Assembly (NCBI GenBank): GCA_965645245.1
Contig: OZ287075.1
Span: forward strand, 2,046,001-2,110,000
Source of the DNA: Massalongia carnosa
Lineage: Eukaryota
Direction of reading: 5' to 3'
Length of the DNA stretch: 64,000 bases
Shown: positions 26,131 to 39,708 of the stretch, piece by piece
Position numbering within the stretch: the first letter of the stretch is position 1
How the letters are laid out: each line of letters opens with the position of its first letter
Program-made: the position numbers and the translations under genes
The notes under the pieces: generated by a model
Told to the model about the DNA's origin: nothing
The model's input: the letters and a program-made list of their open reading frames with translations, nothing else
Database searches by the model: none

Positions 26131-26559
26131 ATGTGTCTTTTCACTCAGGTTATATATTCTCAATGCGGCTGCTTCTACGACCTCGAGCTAACCAGTCAAT
26201 GTAACTCTATCTGTGAGCCCTGTAAGTATTGGAAAGGCGAAATTATCAAGCTGCCCCAGCGCGCGGAATCGACCTACTGCCACACCTGCTACGAGCAAAT
26301 GGTCGCCCGCATCACCGAAAATCACCGAAGGAAAGAGTTCGATGTCGTCTTTGAGGCGTTCGAGCTCGGGTGGGATGTCTCCAATGTGAACGGCTCGCGC
26401 GCGGACATCAGGAATCAGCTTCGTGACGATCTTCAGAGTCTTGAGGATGATTGTGGGATGAGTTTACCGGAAGAGCCACCGGTTACCTCTTTTCCTATCA
26501 CGTTTACTCGTCATGACGGAAGTTTCTACATCTGGGGAAAGCTGCCAAGCAAGGGGTAA
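26131..26559 (+). CDS. Hypothetical protein with Cys-rich N-terminus (possible zinc-binding)
   Basis: MCLFTQVIYSQCGC...C...C..C...YCHTCYE pattern, followed by a helical charged region. Intronless. Confidence 0.55.
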   Translation: MCLFTQVIYSQCGCFYDLELTSQCNSICEPCKYWKGEIIKLPQRAESTYCHTCYEQMVARITENHRRKEFDVVFEAFELGWDVSNVNGSRADIRNQLRDDLQSLEDDCGMSLPEEPPVTSFPITFTRHDGSFYIWGKLPSKG

Positions 26560-27618
26560 GGAGCGACGAAGAAAGCAACTAATTTTCGCTGGCGAGTAGT
26601 ATCTAAAACGGACTAAAAGGAGTCCCGCGGATGATAAATTCCGCATTGCTAGTCCAATGCAAAGATCCAATAAATATATTTGTTGATTTTATTTCTTGCT
26701 CACTACAATGCCAAATATGATTTCGCACTGCGAAACGAGTCGTAATACCTTCGAGTACAGAGTACCTATTATTTTGACTCCTCGTGCGTGCATAGGAATC
26801 TTTTACTCTCACTCTGCTCTAATCTAGGAAACCTTAATCCTCCGATATTTCGCTCCACGATGCCATAAATGCCCAGTAACTCACCTAGTTAGCGCCACAA
26901 CGCCCTCCTGCCATGTGGCATTTCGGGCTAAAGTATTTTCCGGGGCTGGCACCTCCTTTCTCCCACGCGAGTCGTTATGCTCTTTTGCCCATCGTTTCAG
27001 TCCACAACCTCTTCTCCGTCTTCGTTTTGCTCCCATTCATGCACTGCTGAGCTTCGGCTCCCCCAATTGGTGTTAAAAGTTCACACATGAAGCGAAGATC
27101 CTTGCACCCAATCCTGACTATTACACAGACACAGTCTCAGCTCAACTTGGGTGGACTGCTTTTTAAGGCATGTGATGCCCAACTCCCCGGATGAGTGAAC
27201 TACAAATCATCCTACTCTACCCTTTCAGAAAGGGTTGAAACTCCTGCGGCGCGGAGTGACGTCGTCTTAGGCAAGCTGTTGGTCAATGCAGGATCCTGAA
27301 ACCCAATATGGGTCATGGTTCTCACTATAGAGTACGCCACTACTGCAGCCAAGTTCTGCATGAAGCTTATGCGCTGGTAGAACCTCATGCATGACCATAC
27401 CCCATTTGTTTAACATTACTTCCTTTTGTCTTTTCAACATTTCCTACGAATCGAGTACTATTTTTCGTGCATCTTCTGTCTTTTTCCGTCATTTCTCACT
27501 GTAATCAAGCTTCACTTCTCTCTCGGCTGGTTCCGTCCCTTTGTACTATATTTTCTTCAAGACCCTCGTCTATTTAATGCAGAGTGCCGAAATATGACTG
27601 CTTGGCGAAGGGCAAACA

Positions 27619-29536
27619 ATGTACGCATCCATGTACGACTTCAATGATGATGCTGCAATGATGCGTCTCAAAGACGAGTGGGTGGAGGAGGGTGGCTCTC
27701 AATTCAGCTCAGGCATCTTGGTTCTCGCCTCGCTCAATGTGCTTGCCGCAGCTTTGACGATTGGCAGTATACTATGGGAAGCTCATTCGAAAGGAGAATG
27801 GGACTTTTATCCCCAAACTCGGTAAGGATTCTCCCCCGAGCTATTGCAAGCAGTTGCTGATTCAAAATTAGAAGACATCTCAATTTCATTCCCACCGTTC
27901 ATCCTGCAGAAGTTTTCCCCGTTGTCTTCGCTATGGCTGTCATTTTCCAAGGAATTGTCTTCATCTCGATTGGCAGTGCACAATCACAGGACTCAACTTT
28001 AAGTGTCTGTAGAGCTATTGCACAACTTGTCTGGCCGGGTAAGTAATTGCTCTTATATCTACTTCATGGACTGCTAAATTGACAAAAACCAGCAATCTGG
28101 ATTGTCCCCTATACAATGCTAGTTTTCGGTCTCGAGACAACGTTCCGATCCTTGCAAAGAACAAAGTTTTATAGTCAAGGACGGTGGAGTATATTGGTTT
28201 GCGTAATTGCAATAATAATCTTAACCGTTCTTACTTGGATACTCTCAAGTACTTCTCCTACCAGAGGCCAATGCCTGGCTAGCTTGATCTGGTTCACAGC
28301 TCATTATGCCCAAGCCGGAGTTACGCTATGCTTGGCTCTTATTGTGGGTTATGTAACGAGCGCATCAGTAATCACCTTTCAGTTGATGAGAACCGCTAAA
28401 GTCGATCGGGACCAGCGTATTCAGGCAAGCCGGGTGGTATACTATCTCATAGCTAGCACTCTCGTTCTTGTGAGTCATGTCAAAGCATACCGTGGGATGT
28501 ACTAAAAGAGTGACAGGGTCTAATTGCGCCTTACTATGTCGAAGCCACAATGCTTTCGCCTACCATACGTTTGTCGAAGATTGCCAAGGTAGCTGCGAAT
28601 ACGACGGGCTTGATTTCAGGGCTTTTCTATATACTTTTTCGATCAAACGCAGATTGGACGATGATCCAAGCCTTTCAGGCTCCTCGGTGGCTCCGGAAGC
28701 AGAAAGCAAGGCGATATGGCTCAGACGGCATGAACATATACGAGCACATGAACTCGCCGGTCTCACCGCAGAGTGACACGAGTCCATCTCTGTGGAACGA
28801 TCCAGAGAAGATTCCATACGAGTTCTCAACAAGTCGTCCAATCTCGGGCCCCCCACCTCAACTCGCAGCCTGCCCTACTTTAAATTCTCCTCAGACTCCT
28901 GAAATCGTTATGCCGCCGAAAATTCTTTTGACACGCCATCACACCCAACATCGAGCAAACTACTCGGTGTTTCCGCCCCATGCTCCAACCATGGCACGCG
29001 AGTCAGTCAGCACAACCTTTTCCCAGGGTTCGGAGGATATTGAAGTACCTAAGCCCCTACTGCGTGGTCACCAGAGGCAGTTTTCTGGCCAAAGCAGCGC
29101 AACATGTGGGACCAGCACCACCGTCCAAATTGGATTCCGGCTAAGCTTCCGCAGGCACAGCCTTGACCCGATCGAGCAGCCTCCAGTAACCAGTCTGCCT
29201 TCCCCCTCCAGGGATACTTCATATTGCACTTCACCCTTCATTGTTGATACGGCATTACCTCGCCCTGTAACGTCCGAGACCCTTGACAACGATATTTCCA
29301 TCCTTCCTACCGAGCCTAACGATGCACGTACGCCTAGCCAGGCATTGGGTTCACGGTCAGATTTGCTATCACCCAACTGGCTGCTTCGGAAAGGCAACGG
29401 TATGTCCATTCCTCGGCGCACCGGGGGCATAATGAAATCCCTTCCGCCGGTTCCTCTTGGCGAGATTCGAGATTATTCTAGACTTTCTAAACTGCCCTGG
29501 AAGCGCGACGTTGCACCAGCTCAGCGTTGGATCTGA
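27619..29536 (+). CDS. Multi-pass membrane protein with long Ser/Pro-rich C-terminal tail (multi-exon)
   Basis: Hydrophobic exons (27619-27821, ~27873-28038, 28093-28469) joined by GT-AG introns to ORF 28550-29536. HPAEVFP motif present. Confidence 0.75.
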
Positions 29537-30550
29537 CAGAAGCTTGATGCGCATGGGTTTTCTGCTTCTCGTGTTATTCTGTCATTTATCCGACTTTTAA
29601 TTGATCCAAACGTGTGAACTTGTGGAGTTTCATTATCCCTTTTCGATAAACCTGCGAGGATTTGCGATGTTTAATGGGCGACAAGATGTCTAAACCTGAG
29701 GTCCTTAAAGGCAGCCCAGCTGGAATGTGTAAAGGAACTGACATTGTGCTCGACAGGGCCTGGTAGCTCGTTTTCGATGGCATGATCTGTACTTTAGATA
29801 TTATCTACTTCGATAGGCATCGAGTCGTTCTCTGGGCAGCAATCATTAATTAAAGTGAAGTCAATAGATGCTTTGACCGACACCGAGACGATGCAATCGA
29901 TGCAACGAAGAAAGAACGTAGCTTGCTACTCCATATCCCAAGGTCATGTCTATCTTGATTCAGAGTCACAGCCAATCTATCCCGTTTGGTGTCTCACTCC
30001 TTGATACCAATTCTTAAGGAAAATGAATCTGTTGAATCGTGGTGAATCCCCCGGGAGCGCAACCACGAAACGTTTTGCACAGCTCCTTAACATAACTAGT
30101 TGCGGTATAAATTCTGAAGAGACAGTCATTCCAAAAATTAAATCTAAGTTGATAAGTCTGTCTTTATCAACTTCACATCACCGATGCCGTAAGAGAACCG
30201 TTCTCAGCCTAGCGCAAGTAAGATCCAGTCGAAAGTGCCAAGCCATGCCGCCGCCAAAAGTCTCGTTTGCTGTCGGCATTAAAAGAAAGGTCTCTGAATA
30301 CGATGCTGATGATTCAGCTATAGACGAGTTCGATACAACTCGTCTGCTCAAGAACGATCAAGCAACAAGATCAGTCGTTTCTCACAAACATGTCCTACCT
30401 CGCGAAAGCCTAGATGACTCATCAGATTCTTTAATCCCATCCACCACCACTGAGGCTCCCGTGAAACCTGGGCCTAAGAGATCTGCTATTCCTTCACCCA
30501 CGCAATTAACCAATCCGCCCACCTCAACGTCCAAGCATTCAAAGCACAAT

Positions 30551-31549
30551 ATGGCTGAACCACCAGCAAAGCGTGTTAAGCGCACCGATAGCTCAGCAAT
30601 GTGGGAACGCAACTCATCCCGCGCCCCAGAAGCCGATTACAAACCTCGCCACACCATCGAACCCAGCAGTCAACGAGAGAGACGCGACGACAAAGACCGC
30701 CATCAAGGACGGGAAGATCGCCGTCATCGCTCCCGCTCGCGAGAAAAGGTTGAGAAAAGGCGTGAGAGGAGTCGGTCGAGGGACAAAGAGCGACATAGGG
30801 ATAGCGGGAGGAGAAAAAGCCGATCGCGAGATAGAGAAGGAGCCAAGTATAAGCCTGGGGACAGGAATAGAGGAGATGATCGCGATAAGAGGGATCGAAA
30901 GCGCAGCACAAGCAGAGATAAATATAGACCCCGGCGAGGTGAGTGCTTTCTTACGCTCCAAGGGCTCTACGCCGTTGCTGGATATGCTAACGCACATTTA
31001 TCAGACGACCCACCATCCCGTCGCACCGATCGTCATCGCTCTCCTTCTCGCTCTCGATCTCGCTCCAAGCAAACCGCCAGCAGGCCTCGCTCTAGGACGA
31101 GAACACAACCCTCGGAATCCCTTACCAAGAAACCGGTCACGAATCCCACAACCAAACCTCCCCCCGCCAAATCGCCCCCTCCATCTAACTCCAAAAAACC
31201 ACCAACCCCAAGTGAAGCAGCCCCACCCTCACCAGCTCGTGCCTCAGCATCCAAACCCCTCCAAAACGGTGCCTCCACCACCCCATCTTCCGCCCCCAAA
31301 TCTACCAAAAAACCCCCACCCGCCATGGCCAAACTAGCCGACGCCCAGTCTGCGCCCATGGAGCTTGACTCCGACCCCGAGATCACGCTCATGCGCCAGA
31401 TGATGGGCTTCGTTACCTTCAGCAGCACCAAGAACAAGAAAGTCCCCGGGAACAACGTGTACGGCGTGCGCAAGGAGAAAAAGACAGAGTATCGCCAGTA
31501 TATGAATCGTGTGGGCGGGTTCAACCGTCCGTTGAGCCCGAGCCGGTAG
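30551..31549 (+). CDS. SNRNP27: U4/U6.U5 tri-snRNP 27 kDa protein (DUF1777)
   Basis: RS/RD-rich body, intron 30939-31004, conserved C-terminus MMGFVTFSSTKNKKVPGN...YRQYMNRVGGFNRPLSPSR. Confidence 0.92.
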   Translation: MAEPPAKRVKRTDSSAMWERNSSRAPEADYKPRHTIEPSSQRERRDDKDRHQGREDRRHRSRSREKVEKRRERSRSRDKERHRDSGRRKSRSRDREGAKYKPGDRNRGDDRDKRDRKRSTSRDKYRPRRGECFLTLQGLYAVAGYANAHLSDDPPSRRTDRHRSPSRSRSRSKQTASRPRSRTRTQPSESLTKKPVTNPTTKPPPAKSPPPSNSKKPPTPSEAAPPSPARASASKPLQNGASTTPSSAPKSTKKPPPAMAKLADAQSAPMELDSDPEITLMRQMMGFVTFSSTKNKKVPGNNVYGVRKEKKTEYRQYMNRVGGFNRPLSPSR

Positions 31550-32111
31550 GATGAGCCGGGGAGGGGAAGGGAGGTAGGGTGTATGGGTTGGGGGGAGGAA
31601 GAATGGACTTGGGGGAAAAGGGGGGGGAGGGGAGGTTTTGGTGGGGAAGTAGAACATATTTGCTGGTTGCTACTTTGTATGATCAGAGGGCGGTTGTGGT
31701 TGTATTCCTATCAAGAGCGAGCTCACGGCGACGAGCTTGCCGGGGGTTTCCGCACTATTTATTTTTCCAGGAGCATGCCATACCATACTATACAGCAGGC
31801 GGTCGGTAGACTATGTAGCCAACCGAGCTCCACCCGAAGCGCTTTCCTACGACTTGGGGAATTCCCGTATGGATGTATGGATGTGCATGGGGGTGAGATG
31901 CTGCGTTTTAGTTCTCTCGACGTGTTCTTTTGGGGAGGGGGTTTTCAGCGAGTTTTTTTTGTTGAGTTCTTGGTATTTCTTCTTCGTCTTCTCCATCCAT
32001 TTCCATCTCCATATATTCCCCACTATGCTATCTTCCCCAACGCCAACCCACCCATCAAATCAACGTGATGTCCCCCCATCCTTCTTCCTCTTCCTCTTCC
32101 TTTTCTCCCCC

Positions 32112-33317
32112 CTAAATCTCATCCTCCTCCTCGTCGAAATCATCCTCCACCCCCATCTGGTACAGAATCCTGCCACCCTCCCCCGCGCCGCCGCCGTCCC
32201 TCTGCGCGTCGAAATACGGCAACACCACTCCCTCCCTCGCGACTCTCTGCCGCGCCGTCAATCCCAGCTCGAACGTCCCTCCTACTACAACTCCCTCCTT
32301 CTCCTCCTCCTTGGGAGCCCCAAGCCCCCGGGGAGGCGGTTTCCACAGCGGATGGTCTTCGAGCAACGTGACCTGCTGCGTCGTGGTCTCTCGCTGGTCG
32401 GAGCCCGTCAGAGTCATGGTGGTGGAATCGATGCGTGCGGAACCCGGGACGAAGAACCACTCCCGCACCCCCCGGCCGCTTTTCCGCCGATGTTCCATCT
32501 CTAGCACCATCCCTTCCCCCGAGTTCGCCCCTCGCCCCACCACGACGCCGTCCCGCTCCTCGGCGACGCCAAACGCCGGTTCCGCGCACGAGCGGTCGGC
32601 CGCGCGTTTGCGCTCGAGGGCTTGCGGCCACGAGTGCGCGGTTAGGATCGTGGTCGCGAGGTAGGTGAGCAGGGTCTGGGGCGCGGGCTGGTAGGGGGAG
32701 AGGGGCGGGAGGGGGATATCGTGGTGGTAGGTGGCTACGAGGGAGAGGAAGGGGGTGAGGAGGCTGGAGAGAAAGGTGGGGAGGTTGAGGGCGGGGAAGG
32801 AGGCGAGCGGGTGGAGGGTGTCGATTATTAGGAGGGTATTTTCTAGGGGGTTAAAGGGGTTAGTGGCTTTGTGGGGACATGGTCTGCTGAGGGGGATACG
32901 AGGCGAGGGGAAGCGAACTTTTGGATTGGCTACATGCGGCCGCGATTTCTGCTTGTAGCGCAGCGGGGCTTTTCCTGCGGCCTTTGATATTGACGCCCAC
33001 GCCTGGAGGCCGCTTCAGTGTCTCGAACGAGATAAAGACAACGTCAGTCTTGGAGATCTGGCAAAGGATGAGCTCGTTAACCACATAAACTCGTTGGTTT
33101 TTTTTTTGGGCAGATGCTAAAAACCGATAATCAGGGATCGAGGATCCAAGTCACGCACTTTTGCGTTTTGGATATAGAGATTGATCAACGGTTTTGCGGA
33201 TTGTTCCACGGAATCTAGGAGTAAAGTGAACGGCGATGAACCTTCGCGGAGAGAGAGGATTTTCCGCATCAGGAGGAGGTTGTGCAGGCGCCGGTGGTGA
33301 GTGGCGCGGTCGGTCAT
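32112..33317 (-). CDS. ELP5: Elongator complex subunit Elp5/Iki1 (multi-exon)
   Basis: N-terminus SPFTLLLDSVEQ; C-terminus LEMEHRRKSGR...TFELGLTARQR.AREGVVLPYFDAQ...GRILY....DDFDEEEDEI. Confidence 0.88.
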
Positions 33318-33715
33318 CTTTGCGGGGGTTTGGAGATGGGGAATAATAACTATGGGGGAAATGATCACGAGTACTTGGGAAGAGATGATGCAACAAAAAG
33401 GATAACGTGTAGTCGCGAAAGGAAGCACGACTACCCTGTAATAAGTTGAGAGATCATGCGGGATTGTAGACACAATTGTAAAATCTATGCGGAGCATGCA
33501 TTTGGTAGTAAAACGCGAAAATATCATGTGCGCTCACGTGACAACCATTAAGATATCAGAGATAGAAGTTAATTAAACGAATCTAGGCCTAGAAATGACC
33601 CCTAATAATACTCCCGACAGAGAGTCTGGATCTTGACAATATAAATGAACAGATCTAAATCTTTGTGCCCCAAAGTATATGTGATCAAGTATCAGAGGCA
33701 TATTAACGTTACCAG

Positions 33716-35119
33716 GAAAGCGTGTTGGGGAGCCACTGGACGAGTAGGTAGGTACCTGGGTGCTCGAAGACTCAATGGATCAGCATGCGCCCACGAACAT
33801 GGTGTTGCGTGAACTTACACGCGATTGCAGAACGGCGGTAACTGTCAGCCTAACCTCTACGGCCATGCTCCCGACGTGGTGGCATTCCAGCTCCGCAATT
33901 TCAAAGCCATAGCATCGCTGGTGCAGGAACATGGCATAGATTGTGAGTGGGAGGAAATGAAGGGCGGTGGATGTCACGCATACTTCTCGCAGGGGTATTT
34001 CGACGAGGCCAAGAAGGAGGTCGCGCATCTTCTAAAAAGTTATCTCGATTTAGGCGCGCTTGTAAGAGCAACATCGGATCGGACGGAACTGAGAAATCTC
34101 AGAATACCCAACGCAGTGGGCGCAGTGATTCAAACCCATGCAGCGAAGTTATCTCCTTATAAGCTCATCTCATGGATTCTCGAATCGTTGATCAAAAAGT
34201 CCTGGCTGAATCTGCAAACAAACACCCCCGTCCTATCAATTTCCCGGGCCGCTACAACTCCTCCTACCGGGATCGTCTAGACTTGTCGAGGAACCATATC
34301 TGCTCCTCACGTACTCTTCGCCACCAATGCGTACACTGCCCATCTCCTCCCTCAGTTCCGGGATCTAATTGTCCCCGTGCGTGGCGAAATGTCTGCTCTG
34401 ACTCCACCCAAAAATCTACTCAAGGATCCACTTCATTGCACATACGCCTTCATCGGCGCTCTCGGTCAGGACCAGGAGCATGATGATTATTTGGTCCAGC
34501 GCCCTGTTTTCTCTGCCATGGGGGATGGAGGAGAGTTGATGTTTGGCGGGGGGAGAGCACTAGCCAAACATGAAGGAGTATATGTAGATAATGATGATGA
34601 AATTGATAAAACGGTGGCCATGTATTTGCGAACAAAGCTGGAAGGATTTTTGGATATTGAGAAGGACAGTCGGCCCTTAGAAACGGCCGTAGAGTCAGAT
34701 GCTCCGGTCACAGATGGGTTAAGTGGCCGAGGACTAGCCGCGGAGAAGGAATGGACTAGTATAATGGGCTTTAGCCGGGACGGCTTCCCCTGGATTGGCG
34801 GAATTCCAGATACGCCAGGCCTTTGGCTCTCTGCAGGCTTTACTGGGGATGTTGAGTCAACCTTTTCTAAATTGCTGGTGATAGATCGTTTATAAAACTA
34901 ATTGGCTTACACAGGTTAGGTATGCCCAATGCCGCTCTATCGGCTCAACATGTCGCTTCTCTCATTCTCTCGGCATCGAAAGACGCGGATAAGTATCCAA
35001 GGAAGAGACATGAATTGACTGATAATGGCATTCCCTCTTGCTATATCATCTCGAAAGACAGAATAGAGCGAGCAAATCTGAAGCTCTTGCTAGAACTTTG
35101 TTCATGGGATAGAATTTGA
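33716..35119 (+). pseudogene. FAD-dependent oxidoreductase (DAO family), 5'-truncated with nonsense codon
   Basis: ACWGATGR|NGGNCQP, LFATNAYT, VPVRGEM, WTSIMGFSRDGFPWIG, AGFTG. In-frame TAG at 34278-34280. No upstream GxGxxG exon is visible. Confidence 0.8.
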
Positions 35120-35342
35120 TCTTAGGAGAAAGCGGCCTGGCTTGATCTATGCCGTTCACTAGATGTTCTATTGAGTTATCATGATATATTCTGAGCCCGA
35201 GTTTGAGTATGTGAAGTTTGAGCTGATGAATTTATGAACTCTTAACATATCCTCATTGATGTCATTGGGTTGCCGTTTGTATAGCGAAGTCATTGATGAA
35301 AGTAGAACAGCTCTTAGGAAGGCGGCTTAAGGTTATGCCCCT

Positions 35343-36957
35343 TTAACCATCCAGTGCATCTTTTCCAACAGTCGATGGAAGCATACACATAGATTTCTCT
35401 TTCGCAAGTAAGCCAGGCAACCGTCTTGTAGTACCAGGACCGAAAGAAGGCCCTGTAGCGTTTGGAAAATTTAAATCTGTATTTATGCTGTCACAATGGT
35501 TTTCTGACGCCCCTTCGTTATAGGACTCTTTGTTGAAAAAGCCTTCATTTGTGGGGCCTGAAGCTAGAGGATCATTGCAGAACATGACTAGCAGGCGGTC
35601 AACAACATCCCGCATTGCTTGTTGATTGATAATCTCCACGGTTACGCGGGAACGAAACGTGAACGAAGCAGCCTTGAATGTTTGATGATAGATGAGCTTA
35701 TACTCGTCTTCATCCTCCGGTGCGCAGCTGGGTTCTCCAAGCCTGTCGCTGTTTGCATCAACATCTTGCCGATCTTTTGAAGTCTTCTTTCTCTGCTGCA
35801 ACCCATGAATTCGCATGCCCGTCATGACCACCCTTGATAAGGCAGATTTATTCTGCACCTCAGTCGTATTGCTTTCTAATGCTGGGGAGTTTCTGCTAGT
35901 TACTGCAATACTTTCCACGCGATGCAATGAAGTACGCTTGCTTTTCATCAAGGCGTCTATTCTTGACGGAGGCCGGGATGATTCAGTACCATGCAATGAT
36001 GTCGTGCTAGAAGCCCGTGAGAGCGCTCCCACTGAAGCTTCAGACTGAGTTGGTTCCTCTGCTCGATTGGTAGATAGCCTTTCTTTTTCTGAAGCCGACA
36101 GAAATTGCAGCGATGGCTCACGATACAAAGCTACATTATCAATCCCTGCCATAGCCCTTGAAATAGTCTCGCCACCATGCCTTAATAGCCGCTTCCTTTG
36201 ATGGCGAGCATCCTCAAACATGGTAGAAACTTTCTGACGTTTTCGTGGCGATGTGGGTGTAGCTAGTATATCTTCTGTGACGGAAGGATAAAAACGAGCT
36301 TCGCCACTAGTCAAAAATTTGGATAATGATGGTGGCTGTAGGCCAGCGAAGTGCTGAGCTTGCGGGGTATTTCGAGAGGAAAGGGGCAGTGCATATAGTC
36401 TGATTTCTCTTGCGCTCTTACTAGAAGTCTGAACGCAGTTACCTTCATCCGCCCGTGGCGAAGAGCCGGGAGGTGTTGGAAGAGGTTCATTGTATTTGGT
36501 TCTTCTGGAAAGGGCGGCGTAAATTAGAATCTCTGTAATAATTGCACTAGAGCTTTGATTCTCTCCAGCCCCATATTCCACCCCCAAAAGTATACCGTGA
36601 TCAGACTGTTGAATAGGTCTCAGCCACCATGGAGGCATAACCTGGGGAGTATCACCCTCAGCTTCCCCAGTTTCCAGAAGACACTCGGAGAACCATTGCC
36701 GTGTTAACAAATTGTCGCTCCATACATCCAATGACGGCCCAATAGCTAGGTGAAGTGGTATTGCAGCAACTTCGACAAGAGAGAGATAGTGCAACTCCAA
36801 ATTGGGAGCAATGAGTGACCATGGTAAGCCAGCACACCCACCAAGGTGAATGTCTGGATTTAGATTAGCAAATTATTGCCATGATCAACAACATCTTCTA
36901 ACCTTCAATAATACGTGAAGATCGATCCCATTTGATTTTACCTGCCCACGCCTCCAT
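35343..36957 (-). CDS. SLD7: Sld7 C-terminal domain protein (replication initiation factor-like)
   Basis: Short first exon MEAWAG..., long second exon with NKSALSRVVMTGMRIHGL and EYKLIYHQTFKAASFTFR...MRDVVDRLLVMFC. Confidence 0.75.
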
Positions 36958-37746
36958 TATGTTAGTAACATTATGCGTTAACAAAACTGCCTAGGCTTCT
37001 AAGGACAATGGTTTCCTATTAGTTTTAGTTCTCTGAATCATTATTCCTGATAGGAAGGACACGCGCCTAAATAGCGCGGTCCAAGGACGCGGGCACACAT
37101 TATCACATGACCAGAAAAAATAACTCCGTACTCCGTACAACGGCGGATAATGTAGTTATAACAAGGTTTCAATGCCTAGATTGATTGCTACCTTCTGATT
37201 TTTAAAGTATGTCTTTAAGTAATGAAGATTTTAATTTGTTTTTTCCATTCAACTATCCATACAAAGTACCGTCCATCCTGCTTACTCGCAAATCTAGCTA
37301 TCCATTACCAAATCTCTCCATAACCCTGATAAGATGGCAGTTATCTACCTTTCCCCATTACTTCTGCACTAATAATAGCTCTGCTCCCATCTTTCTGACA
37401 CCCTCTTGAATTGGATGGATAAATGACCGGATATCTGATTCCAAACGTATAATAACTCAAGCAATTACATAATCTATGGAAGAAAAATATTGAATGACTG
37501 ATTAGCTGGCAGCAAACTCTTCGCATACTTGATTGCAATATGTGGGACATCCATCAACGAGAGTCCGGGTATACATCGTAATGAATCTTGCTGAAAGGAG
37601 CCACGCGGATAGGCGTATAATTGAATGGTATCGTATAATGGCAAGAGGAGAGGCAAATCGATTTCATGTATATTGAAGCCAGATACAGTGTAATCAAATC
37701 CATCATGACGCCTGCTAAACCCCCTTTCCACTTATAAGTTTGAAAA

Positions 37747-38277
37747 TCAAAAATCCTGCTCTTCCTGAAAGAACATCGTGAAACTTATGATGGTTCCATA
37801 TATCAGCAGCCCTCCAATGATGGACATGATCATGGCCTGGATCTCAATGAGACCGCTATGCGCCAGAAGAGCCGGAAGAGCTGAGGGCAGCATTAGCATG
37901 AGGAAATTACGGAGAATGCAAATTCCATTCGTGATCTTAGTGCGTTGCATCGCCCGAAAGTCTCTGGGGATTCTCACCAATGCCCATTACCACTAAGAAG
38001 CCAGTGCAAAATCTCCCAAAATCGACTACTGCATTTCCTGCACTTTCCATGAAGTCATCTGGATTCGCACATCGACCGCATATAAAATTGGGTAGAGGTG
38101 CAATCACATATGTTGCAACGACCAAGAGAGGTAGGTAGTTGTGTTTCAGCGCTGAGGAGAGTATGACGAGAAGGAAACCAATAGCGAGAACCTGACTCGG
38201 ATAAGCACATAGTCTGCTCAGTATCTCGGCCTACTTACAAAGGAGAGCGCAATGATTGTTTTAAGTCCTGCAGCCAT
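37747..38277 (-). CDS. VPS55: Vacuolar protein sorting protein Vps55
   Basis: MAAGLKTIIALSF|VLAIGFLLVILSSAL...DFGRFCTGFLVVMG...MFFQEEQDF, with two introns. Confidence 0.95.
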
Positions 38278-38671
38278 TGCGGTCTTCTTGCAAGTGCTGG
38301 GGACGTGGAGGTTATTTGCAGAGTCACATGTGCAACAACTTCTCGCCGATATTTGCAGCAGCAGATGGGTAAAACGACCTCTTGGAGGTTTCAAAACCGA
38401 GTGTAATCTGGTATAGGCCGCTACTTTGGATGTAGTAAGGTAAGGGTTAACATGAGGTACAAAGCGGTGCACGGCCTGGACGGCGGTGATTTCAGCGCTT
38501 GCACTAATCGGGTAGTTATCCCTGTAAAATTCAAGCTTCACGTTCCCTTGACTGCCTGAGCTCGGAAAGCTATTTTACTTCCGAAGAACATAGATTTTTC
38601 CCTTTGTCCACTGTACCAAATACACCAGAACTGCAGGATTCATCCATACCTAGAGACAACTAAACTCTGCA

Positions 38672-39598
38672 ATGTTTCGAAATAATTATGATAATGACTC
38701 GGTAACTTTGTGAGTGAAAGGCCTTCTTGTATGACGAATGAGCCGGACGCGCTGATTGTCCTCATAGCTCTCCCCAGGGTCGAATCTTCCAGGTCGAATA
38801 TGCGCAAGAAGCTGTCAAGCAAGGCTCAGTGGTTGTGGGGGTAGTTAGCAAGACTCATGCAGTTCTAGTAGCATTAAAGGTATGTAGCTAGATGTTAGCT
38901 GTCGAATAGCTGAAATTAATCTATGATCAATCTAGCGTAACGCAGAAGAGCTCTCGTCATATCAGAAAAAAATAATCGGGGTCGATGAACACCTAGGCAT
39001 AGCTCTTGCGGGTCTTGCATCTGATGCTCGTGTCCTCTCAAATTTCATGAAACAACAATCTCTTGCCTCTAAGCTGACTTACGGAAGACCCATACCGCTT
39101 GAACGTTTAGTCGCTCAGATTGGGGACCGCGCACAAACCAACACGCAGTCATATGGCAAGCGACCATATGGGGTGGGGCTTCTTATTGCCGGCGTTGACG
39201 ATACAGGACCTCACCTTTTCGAATTTCAACCTTCAGGGATGACGCAAGAGATGATCGCATGTGCTATTGGTGCGAGAAGTCAAATGGCAAGAACATACCT
39301 CGAAAGACATTTGGACGAATTTGCCGAATCGGATAGAGACGAGTTGGTGAAGCATGCGCTTAGAGCCTTGAAGGAGAGTTTATCTCAAGATAAGGAACTG
39401 ACGGTTGAAAACGCCAGTGTTGGCGTCATAGGGATTGGTTCAGAAGGCAAACGGAAGGTTGAAAGCTTTAAACTATACGACGGACCTGAGATTGGACCGT
39501 TACTGGAGGCAAGTCTCGAGAATACAGAGGCTGCACCAGAGACTACAGGGGCAGAAGCGAGTGAGGCGCAAGGGGACTCAATGGATGTTGATTCCTGA
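38672..39598 (+). CDS. PRE5: 20S proteasome alpha-6 subunit
   Basis: [25 protein letters not shown]...KRPYGVGLL...[15 protein letters not shown]. Confidence 0.97.
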
Positions 39599-39708
39599 TT
39601 TTAGCTTTCAAAAAAACTCGTCCTTCATGATGCAAACGGTTCTAGATTAATGTTTGTAAGAGTCAAGCCAATTTACAGATCTGGGTAGATCATGGAAAAG
39701 CTCAATGG

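Noticed and set aside
30573..32668. Multiple overlapping ORFs of 110-255 aa
   Set aside because: Expected in GC-rich low-complexity DNA overlapping SNRNP27 and ELP5.
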